This document shows positions 53,300-64,000 of a stretch of 64,000 nucleotides of DNA, one piece after another. This DNA is from Antedon mediterranea (lineage: Eukaryota > Animalia > Echinodermata). A model generated the notes under the pieces. That model had not been told where the DNA came from and ran no database searches. It saw only the letters and a program-made list of their open reading frames with translations. A program made the position numbers and the translations under genes. Position 1 is the stretch's first letter; each line of letters begins with the position of its first letter. The DNA lies in NCBI RefSeq assembly GCF_964355755.1, contig NC_092679.1:7594201-7658200 (forward strand), given 5' to 3'.

Positions 53300-54665
53300 G
53301 AATAAAAAAAATAAAAAATAAATTAAATTTCTATTTTATTCAATATTAATGTTCTTCAATAGTTTCTGTTATACTATATTGCCTCTTATTCGCTATTTTA
53401 GCAACAAGAAAGTTGGGACAGTTGTACAGACTCATAAATAGACTATGAGCATAAAAGTGTCAGAAACAATGATGTGTTGTGTTATAATGCATTTTATGTA
53501 CAGTAGTTCAATAGTTATACTATAGTGTAATTTCATAAATTTTCACCAATAAAAAAAGTTTCAATAATGATACACACACAATTTTATCAATAGTAACTTT
53601 GGGACCAACATTGTTGCTCAATTAATTTTACATTTGGACTTTCCTGCCTTTTCTGTCTATTTCGTGCCTGCTTACTTGGATAAACCGACAATATAGCCTC
53701 TCTCTCCGAAGAGAGAACATAACAAACATAAAACATAAACATAAAAGCTTTCGCTTGATTACTTATAATGATAAAGAAATCAAATTTATTTGTGTCATTG
53801 GATTATTATAATTTGCTAGGTTTTTAAATTCTTGTCTAGACATGTAGTAACATAATTAGAAACAGCATATAAAGATGGTATCCTTTGTAAAAGGTTTATT
53901 GCAGTTTCTGGGTTAAAAAGTTGTTTTTAAAGAGCTGTTGATGAAGGCCTACAGCTATGTTAGTGACACAATTTTCAAATTCTACAACTAGAAGATCAAC
54001 AAAACTTAAAACATAAACTCATTAACAAATTAAATGTTCAACAGAACATCATATCATTAATGTCATAAAAATGTGTGCTGAATGTCTTTTTTAATGTATT
54101 CCAGCTAACTGAACAAATGTTTTATTTTACATAAAAAGTATACTGAGATTTTATGTAGGTCTGGTTAACTATTCATAGTGCGGCACCAGAGATAGTTCAC
54201 TGCAAAAACAATTCAGAGAAATTAAAAATAAACTATTGTATTCCATCTTTGGGTATTAAGAGACAGTAGCCTGTACGTCATATAGCTTAATGGGGCTTAA
54301 ACAACAAATAATAATGTAGTAGAACTGTGTTTAGAATCACAGATGAGCATCTTCACAATGTTGCACTTTCTCAGTTTCTATGTCTAAGCAAAATAAATAT
54401 TTAAGTACAGTATGTAATAATAACAACAAGAATTAGATATATTATGAACACTTTTCCTTTGAGACCAATATGCTATACAAACTTGATTTTACACATTAAA
54501 ATCTTTACTGCTCCACTTAAGTACTGTCCTTTCTCTCTGACATTTAACATAGATCCTTGCTTCTCCCCTTCCAGTTATGTCCGCTACACATATGTCTCTG
54601 GCAGATTCGGAACATGATGCTGACTTTTTTTTGTTTCTTTTTGATTTTTAGAGTGTAATCATATT

Positions 54666-55224
54666 ATGAGCGATTTTGAAGTGGAAGTAACAACACGTGT
54701 CAAAGGCTTACAGAGTCCAGGAAGAAGTGGAGGTGGTACGCGGCGCAAAGACAACTGGGTTGTCGTGGATGTGCATACGTTGAAGATGCAGAGTGATAAT
54801 GAGAGTATTTATCTGACAGATGATGAGACAATATACGAAGAAGACGAGGATGTATTCCTTCAATCGGAAACACCCGATCAAGCTGTTAACACGCCTTTAA
54901 TATCATCACCAATCTCTATACCATCACTATCTCCAACACATTCCACACAGTCGGCACCAAGCCCATCTCATATACGCATACCACCACAATGTAGGACTTA
55001 TTCTGCGCCCGTGCAAAGGGCGTCACCAGTGCACACTATAGCAAACTGGGACATTGGATCACCCCTGTCTTCCGGGTATGGATCCGCGCCTCACGGATTA
55101 TTAACGACCTCAACTCAAACGCCACCGACAAGTCCCTCATTTTATATACGGACGCATGTAACTATACGAATGAATAATGCCAGTGGGTTTGGTTACATGG
55201 CAAGACGTAGACTTTTAGCACAAG
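54666..55224 (+). CDS. First coding exon of a disordered Ser/Pro/Thr-rich protein; Bim/Bmf (BH3-only)-like motifs
   Basis: Branch CTGAC, polypyrimidine tract and AG at 54650-54651, then ATG 54666 and 186 codons of coding-like composition, ending at CAAG|gtcagt donor. Contains SSGYGS followed by STQTP. Family assignment is unconfirmed because no BH3 exon was found. Confidence 0.75.
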
Positions 55225-58200
55225 GTCAGTATGTTTTATGTCATATTGGAGTTTATTTATACTGTACCAGGATTTTTCTTTTACCAAAAAGTCATGGCAT
55301 CACTAATAATAATGAATAATGAATGAATAATAATAGTTGACTTGTATAGTGCCTATACATACTGTACGATTTTAACCTGCTAGCTTTCACTCTATTTATA
55401 TTGTGCCTTACACTATATACCCTTTGGTCTCAAAGGGTCCCTTTGTGTCCAGATGCCACTAAACTGCGTTCAGAAATTTAGTTTTGTCTGTTTTTTGTAT
55501 TCAATGCTACACTACACAACATACACTTGCATAACAATTTCATTTGAATTGTCTGCTTCCCTTTTACCAGTTCTGATAAATTGGTTACATTATAATGACA
55601 GTATTGTTTTTGTTTACGAGAGAATCGCTATTCACGTAATAATAAATAGCAACACAGCTGTTTAACATTATTAGGAGAATGTTTAAAATGTGTATTCATC
55701 AGAAACACAGTAAACTGAAGTTATTGAACGATGTTAATTTTATAGACATTAATTTTCATCTCTGCATGTTTCAAGACCTGGGAATTTCAGGGTAGCCTCC
55801 TCATCTGCATTGGACAAGTCTGGACTTGCCTCGATATTAGCCTTCACCTTTTATACTGTTATAAAATTATGCAGCAATTTTCTCTCAAAGATGAGGATTT
55901 ATAATTTGTTTTGTGTTTTTTTTTTGTTTCATGTAATTTACACATTGCTATTGTTCATAAGAGACTGAGGCTTAAATTTCATTTTAAACGGATTAATTAA
56001 ATAATCAAATTGTATTAAACATCAAATTTACAGATATTGCGGTTTTACTATTGTTGCATTGTTTACGATTTAAATTAATTGTTTACGATTTAAATTCATT
56101 GTTTTTCTGAAGGGTTATTATAATTTTAGGTTTCATTCTGTAGGGCGTTTATTATTTTTTGTTGAATAATAGTTTCTTTAGCTGGCTTCTGGCCAAATTG
56201 TGTTGTATTGTTGTTATACCAAGGTCTTTATATTTCTCTTCTCAAATGATGCAAATCCACTTCATTCTCGTTAATCCTCGACTTTGACAACGTTTTTCAA
56301 ATTACTTGAACTTTATTGTTTTGGATGAAAGAAGTGTTTGAAGTACATAATTCAGTGTAATATAGTTAAATTGTGTTCCAGATATTTAAATATATTTGTT
56401 TTAAGTGTTCTAAATAATGACCATAGGTTGATTGACAGTATTACCTGGTTAAAATTATGTTTTATTTATCAATTATTAAATAACTTTGTAATCCGGGAGA
56501 AAATGTGGAAAACCGGAAGCACAATAGGAGTGTTGGCATGTATGATATTAATTAAAGAAAAACTTGAAATAATAAACGACTTCATGAAATTACTGACAAT
56601 TAAATAATTTTAAAAAAAATTCTTTGTATTATAAACACGGGCGTATATAGAAATAATAAGGTCATACCTGTTAATTACTATACACTTTTATGATTGAACT
56701 CAAACTGTAGTAAAAGTACAGTGAACTTGCATCAGTACTGTATTAATTAAACCAAAGGAATAATGATTGCGATGGATAATCATCGAGGCCAGTGATGGAC
56801 TTTGCCAGCTAATTATCAAGCGATGCTGCATTATTAATATCAAATACTCATAGTCTTTGTGGAACCTCTGTATAGTATACACTGGAGCCTCATTATCTAA
56901 ACTTATACTGTAGTAGTGGTATTGCAGCATGGTGCTTATCAATGCCTATCAATCTCAGTAACCTGAGTTCAAATCCTCTACCTACATACAGAGCAGTAGA
57001 ATAAAGAGCATGGTGTATCAGTACTTGTACTCTCAAGGTTCAGGGTTCCTCCTGGCATATGTTGAATCAGAATACTGATGTACAGCAGAGCTAGGCTTGT
57101 AGACTTATGATTGCTTCTACTCTACTCGCTCCCTAATCCTAAAATGACACAAGCATGATGATATATAGTGTATCCATCCTGTAATTAGTCGCTTACTTTT
57201 TGATATGTGTGGAATATTTTTGAAAATTACTGCAGTTACAGATTGGCAACATGAGATGTGTTTACCACAGTCTGTTTATTACTGTGTATAGTCACTATTC
57301 ATGTTCTTCATGGTCACAGCATACATTTACTTTTATACAACATCTTAATGACTCTTTATTTTACCAATTGTTGACCCAGAGTGGTTCATTTATGCAATTA
57401 ATTCAAGGACAATACATGTTATTCTGATAGTAAACAAAATTGTTTAAATGTGTTTTACATAATATCCACTATTATGGAACACTTAAGGACCAAAAGATCC
57501 CCCTTAATAGAGATATCTCCTTCTCCGTAAGATACTTAGGGCCGATTAATAGACATTTGTTGGTCTTTAGTCAGCATTTTGTTTGCCTTTCTTGATCTTT
57601 GTTATTTGTTTCTCTAAATAAGGTGATCCCAATGGAATGGGACATTTTGTTTCGTTTGAAAATGAATAAACACAATTTTCAGTTTCGTACATTAATTAAG
57701 TACAGATAGATATTTTAGAAAACTGTCTTGTAACAACACCCGAACATAGATTTCATTACCGCCATTAGTAGAAATTAAACAATCACTATCAATTTCCTGA
57801 ATTCTACTAATAATAATAAAAAATAATATTTAAACACAAATATTAATTGAGAAAGATAGAATATTACTTCCAGTGCCTCACTGTATGAACTGTTATATGG
57901 AGGGTTTTGTTAATGCGAGTCCCAAGTTGTAACACTCTGTTTTTATGGTCTGCAAAGAGTTGAGCAAGGTGCAGTATAGGGTCCTTTTGCCGGTCGACAC
58001 TGCTATTGACAGTGTTGAGAAATAGGAGGAAATTTGCTTTACTTTGCTTTAACCAAGCAAAGACTTAGCTTATGCTGCTTTATTCTTACATGCACATGTA
58101 CATTTAATGTTAAGCATATATTTTGTTTAAGCATACCTGTAGTAAGCTGCAATGGTGAGGTGAATAATTGCTAATGTGCAAAGAATCTGTTCCTGTGAGA

Positions 58201-58380
58201 TCACTGCTGAAGAATATTCAGCTGCAATGGTGAAAGTTTCAGCAGCTTAACGAACAGTTAAGAGCATGCCAATATAATTGCATTAGCAGTGCAAAGAAGA
58301 GCAATAGCAATCGCTAAAATAGCAATAGCAGTTTTAATTAAAAAGCAAAATTAGCAATAGCAAAGCAAAACATAGCTTAA

Positions 58381-58772
58381 AGATGTATTGTCCCTTGAAA
58401 CACAAAAAAATGAAGGTCAAAATATTCTAAATTTAAATTAGCCATATCAAAGTAATATTAAATTATTCACTTTAAGTAAAAAATTCAAGCCAAAAGCAAC
58501 AAGTTTACGTAACTAACAGGTAAATTAGTTTGATTAAATTTTGTCTGGAAAATCGTCGCAAGCGAAAGTAAACAAAGATTTATGATTATGCATACAGAGT
58601 AGCCAAACAAGCGAGTTTCAACAAAAAAAACGTCTGTATTTCAGTTAAATGATTTTTTGGGACAAATATTTGGTGATAGTTAGTAACTATTATGATACTT
58701 CAAAATGACCCATCTTTTTTCGAAATCTGTTATTTTTTTTTTTTTTTAACTAGTCATAGGGACAATACATCT
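58381..58772. mobile_element. Kolobok-like MITE, 15-bp perfect TIR, TTAA TSD
   Basis: TTAA|AGATGTATTGTCCCT ... AGGGACAATACATCT|TTAA. Confidence 0.88.
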
Positions 58773-61700
58773 TTAAGCAGTGAATAAAACAGCTTTAGCA
58801 GTGCTAAAAAGGGGCATAATAGCTGCGTTAAAACTTAAACAAAACATAAGCTATGCAATAAAGAGGAAAAATGTAATTACCTCTTATATAACGGTTATAT
58901 TAGAGGTAATTAATGCTCATGTGCAAAATTAGCTAACGATATAGATGCTATCTGCTTATTTTATGCTTTTTGGTTCCTGATCAATACTGCGCCTAGGTGA
59001 AAGAGTTGCTAGGTATGTACAGTAGTAGGCTGGTTAAAATATTAATTAAGTTTGAAATACCATATTTTCAAAATTATAGACTGATACTAAGTAAATTGAT
59101 AAACTTATCTCAAAACATTATGTACAATTTCTTATAATTGCACATCATTTTTACTCTTATTATATGTATGCATTTTATATATATAAAGTGATAGCCCCTG
59201 GAATTCCAGGGTCCTCTAGATTACAACCCACGGATGACCTTTAATGATGTCACCTCTAAGAATAGCAAGGACTAGTGATGCAATTACTGAAGCATTATAG
59301 TGATTGGGGAGTTAGCAATGCATGAATGACGTCATAGACTCTGCAACGCCATAGGCTGAAATAAAACAAAGAAGTAGTAGATTGTGGTGTGAAAAAAACA
59401 TGACAAAAAGTTGTCACACAAGTTGTTATGAGGAGGAGACACTATTGGACAGGATATCACCTTCTGTCATAGAATGGAAGATCGACTAGGTGACCTGGAA
59501 AAAAGTCTGAAAAAACGTGCACATGTAGTAGCTAAACAAAATACACCAATATCTGGCCATGGAGTTCAAAGTGCTTGGGAAGGTGATTTTATTTTTTTAA
59601 GTTTGTTGTCTGGAAAAGTTATAATACTCTTATAGATCAACAGGAAGAGATATGGGTTGTATGATCTTGTTTTGTAAACATGAACTTTATTAACATTTAT
59701 CTTTTTGTATCATTTAATAAAAACAGTTTAAATGTTGAAGTAAATTGTAGCTTTTGACTTTGGTTGTCATGGAGACTTCATAAGGAATTATATAATATAT
59801 CATAATAAAGTGTTTTGCTTGATGAAAGTTCATGCGTGCTGGTAGATAAATGTATTAGAAAGTTTGTAAGTGAAAATTCACATACCTTTAATTTTGTGAA
59901 TTATCATTTAGTGCTGACAGCAACAAAACGTATTCTAGTCAGCACAGCAGTTTTTAAAATCTAATTACTTTAAAAGTAACATTTTTATTTTAAGTTTTTA
60001 ATTCTACATTTACTTTTATTTTCTGGCTGTCTAGGAATTTTTAAAGAGATATTTTCTTTAAAATACAATGCATGATTTTACACAACAATGAAGTGGGATC
60101 TTCAATGTTTTGAACTTTCCAAAACTTGTAATCGTCATACTCTAATACTTTAATAGCTTCCTGTTTTTTAATTTGTTAGAACATTCCAGAAAGTTCAGGA
60201 AGTTCTACCTTTTCAAAATCAAAACCAAATAAACTTTTGTCTTCAGTAATATTTCTCCTGTATTAGCTTAGTTAAAAAAAACAACCTATACCGGTACCTT
60301 AAATATTACTTTCTACAACATCAAGAATCTTACAGCATAATTTTAGATTAAAAAGTTAATATTTTTGCTTTATAATTATATGTATAAAGAATATATAAAT
60401 AAAATATGTAATAAATTTATTGGAAAAATGTGTAACAAGGGGTCTACATGATTGCCAATAGTGTAAATAAATGAAATTAAATAATAGATTGTCAAAGACA
60501 GGAAGTGCATTGAATGTCTTGTCAAGGAAGTTAGCTGTCATGCAATCGCTTCTTGTTTTTATCCCACACATCTGCTTACAGTTTACTACTGTAGTAGTAG
60601 TAGTAGAAAAAAAACAAGTGTAGAAATAGGATTGGCTATTTCCTCTAGTTCTTGTGTTCCAATTCAATGTTTCAGTTTACATTTGGCATTGAATGCAGAC
60701 TTACTGTTGTGTGTAGTGGTTTTCTTAAGATTATTTAGTTGAAAGAGTATTTTAAGCATTGAGTTTCTAGGTAGGCCTACTCAATGAAAAAGATTTCTTA
60801 ACGTTACAAACTTTCCCAAATGAGTTGGAGAGACTTTAGAACTTTCATATCTACTACTAAAACTAAGTATGAAACTACATTTTATAGTTAGTGTAGATCT
60901 TTTTGACCCCAGCCTTATTTCTTTTATTAACAAAAGTAAGGCGGAGAGTCTCCAATAAGATTTTACCCTTATCTGAACTCTTCATTTTTTAACTTTGAAT
61001 CTCATCTGAATATGATGACAATTTCTGTTTTTGATATGCAAAAGAAATTTGAACTACACTAAATCACTCTTCACCATCATAATCATCATCAGTATTAGAA
61101 AAAAAGGATATACACTTACATAGTTTGCCATTATTTTACAAAGTAACATATTCCTACATACATATCATATAGCAATACTCATAAAGTAGAGTTCAATTAC
61201 ATGATGTTTGATGATTCCAACATCCAGGCCGACATTTTAAACTCTCTTAATTTGCCGATATCACGATCCATCAGTTTCCTTGCTGTCAAAAAGTAAAAAA
61301 TAATACCTGGATATAGTACTAGTGATTTTCCTAATTTAATTGAACTTTAAATGTATCTTTTACAAATTAAACTACTTTTAAACTTTTCATCTGATAGGTG
61401 GTTGTAATTTATACACACATGCAGTATTTATTTGTATTTGTGCAGTGAGACAAATTTGCAAAGCTTTTTTTTTCATTGTGAAATAATAATATTAATAATA
61501 ATAATAATATTAAACCTATCAATCTGTAAATTATTCTAGTAAATAGAGTGTTACAATATGAACTATGATTGTATTAAATAATTTAGAGTTATTGTATTAA
61601 TTTGACCTATTTGATAACAGGTTGTTATGTGGTGTCCCGTCCGGTACTTATAAGAAACTTAAATAATAGCATGGGGTCAGTTTAAGTTCAGTTTTGTATG

Positions 61701-61803
61701 TAAACATAAAAGGTCAAAACTTTGTTTAATTAACTCTAAATTTCATGCAATTTCAGCATTTTAAATTGGTTTACATGAGCAAAGCAGTTTTGTTTTAAGA
61801 GGA

Positions 61804-62889
61804 GGGTGAGGTGTCAAAGTGATGATATGAGTGTAGGGTGAGGTGTCAAAGTAATGATATGAGTGTAGGGTGAGATGTCAAAGTAATGATATGAGTGTAG
61901 AGTGATGGTGTCTAAGTAATGATATGAGTGTAGGGTGAGGTGTCAAAGTAATGATATGAGTGTAGGGTGATGGTGTCAAAGTAATGATATGAGTGTAGAG
62001 TGATGGTGTCTAAGTAATGATATGAGTGTAGGGTGATGGTGTCAAAGTAATGATATGAGTGTAGAGTGATGGTGTCTAAGTAATGATATGAGTGTAGGGT
62101 GATGGTGTCTAAGTAATGATATCAGTGTAGAGTGATGGTGTCTAAGTAATGATATGAGTGTAGGGTGATGGTGTCAAAGTAATGATATGAGTGTAGAGTG
62201 ATGGTGTCTAAGTAATGATATGAGTGTAGGGTGATGGTGTCTAAGTAATGATATGAGTGTAGGGTGATGGTGTCAAAGTAATGATATGAGTGTAGGGTGA
62301 TGGTGTCAAAGTAATGATATGAGTGTAGGGTGATGGTGTCAAAGTAATGATATGAGTGTAGGGTGATGGTGTCAAAGTGATGATATGAGTGTAGGGTGAT
62401 GGTGTCAAAGTAATGATATGAGTGTAGGGTGATGGTGTCAAAGTGATGATATGAGTGTAGGGTGATGGTGTCAAAGTAATGATATGAGTGTAGGGTGATG
62501 GTGTCAAAGTAATGATATGAGTGTAGAGTGATGGTGTCTAAGTAATGATATGAGTGTAGGGTGATGGTGTCAAAGTAATGATATGAGTGTAGAGTGATGG
62601 TGTCTAAGTAATGATATGAGTGTAGGGTGATGGTGTCTAAGTAATGATATCAGTGTAGAGTGATGGTGTCTAAGTAATGATATGAGTGTAGGGTGATGGT
62701 GTCAAAGTAATGATATGAGTGTAGAGTGATGGTGTCTAAGTAATGATATGAGTGTAGGGTGATGGTGTCAAAGTAATGATATGAGTGTAGAGTGATGGTG
62801 TCTAAGTAATGATATGAGTGTAGGGTGATGGTGTCTAAGTAATGATATGAGTGTAGGGTGAGATGTCAAAGTAATGATATGAGTGTAGG
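61804..62889. repeat. 33-bp minisatellite GTAATGATATGAGTGTAGRGTGATGGTGTCWAA, about 33 copies
   Basis: Direct tandem copies. Explains the 11-aa periodic ORF 62241..62507. Confidence 0.96.
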
Positions 62890-64000
62890 ATTTAGGAGGC
62901 TTAAAAGAGTAGTAATGACTAATAGGAAAAATTCTACAGAAGGTGGTTTTTTTAAGAATATGATCAGTATGCATGGGATCAAGAGTGAACTGAATGGGGT
63001 GAAGGGGGCGGGGTGATGGGGGCGGGGTGATGGGGGCGGGGTTTGTGGAAGCAGGATCAAAGAAGGTACATCTTGCTGTGAAGTCTTTTTGAATATTGTT
63101 CAATGGTGATATAGTGTATAGTAAACAATGTATAAAACACTTAATAATGTATACTGATTGGACAGGTATTTTAACGCATGTTTTCATTGTGTTCATTTGT
63201 CATTAATAAACAAAACACTTAATCATGATAAATTGAAATTCTGCCCTTGCCCTACATAACTATGCTTATAAATTTATGATATATTTTATTTATTTATCTA
63301 CTGTAGTAAGCATTGCATATAAGTGATTTCCTTAAACTAGGTTGTTGACACGAACTATATACAGAAACCCCTCCATGAGTTTCTGTTTATTTAATTTTTA
63401 ATTTCAATTTATTTATTGAACATGATTGTTAATATAATCCTTCCATTAGGTATCCCAATGAAAGCGCACAGAGGGGTATCACTTTTGAAATATTGACGAA
63501 ATTCGAAAAAGTAGTATGACTTTGATGTTAAATAAATCATATTCAATCTTAATTAATACTTACAAAATTTATATTGTTTGAAAGTACTTGTTTTAATCTT
63601 TGTATAAGTGTGTTTATAATTAAAATTAATGAATTAGTTGCCGAGAAAATGCGATTTTAAAACGGTTCTAAAATCCCGTCGAGCCGATTTCCGCGCGTTG
63701 AAAACCTCATCGGAAAATACCCATCAGTTTTCAAAACACGATCGCACGATTACCATTGGAGCTAGCGGATTAATTTTTGTTGTATGTTATCAGGCTTTAA
63801 ATAAGCTTTAATTTGATACGAAAATCGTCTTCTATAAATAGGTTTTTCGTAACGAAAAGTCAATTTTTGTGACAAAAATCCAATTTTGATTCACCGTTTA
63901 TGGAAAAATATTATGGATTTTGGTATTAAATTATAGCTAAATCTACATTGAAATCGATAAAACATAGTTTACAAACGTATTGTGCATGGTAATTGAGCGA

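Noticed and set aside
59432-59582. Possible BH3 exon (…MEDRLGDLEKSL…) for the 54.7-kb gene
   Set aside because: It lacks Leu at the -4 position, and the nearby AG acceptors give stops when joined in phase 1.
62996-63041. G-quadruplex regulatory element
   Set aside because: The G-runs come from a short 15-bp duplication next to a minisatellite, and there is no supporting context.

Overview
AT-rich eukaryotic (invertebrate, probably deuterostome) genomic DNA, not prokaryotic. Nearly all listed ORFs are spurious or repeat-derived. Coding content is limited to (i) minus-strand exons of a CMGC/DYRK-like protein kinase (about 4.8-7.0 kb, possible first exon near 10.6 kb) and (ii) a plus-strand first coding exon at 54.7-55.2 kb. 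That exon encodes a disordered Ser/Pro-rich protein with a Bim/Bmf-like 'SSGY...STQTP' arrangement. A CpG/CCAAT/CArG/CRE-rich, probably bidirectional promoter region lies at about 10.7-13.1 kb. The most striking structure is a near-perfect 40-bp minisatellite (24566-40378; about 2.65 kb of repeat). It has been split by six different non-autonomous DNA transposons with 3-, 9-, 9-, 3-, 5- and about 10-bp target duplications. Five of the six hit the same GTCTAAG site of the unit, all six are in the distal half, and several are in consecutive units. The last element carries further nested Academ-, P-, Kolobok- and LINE-type sequences. Three other homogeneous minisatellites in the window have no insertions. 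Several tiny CA...TG remnants flanked by 7-bp duplications look like P-element-type excision scars. Superfamily names are inferred from termini and TSD length only; no transposase is encoded in the window.
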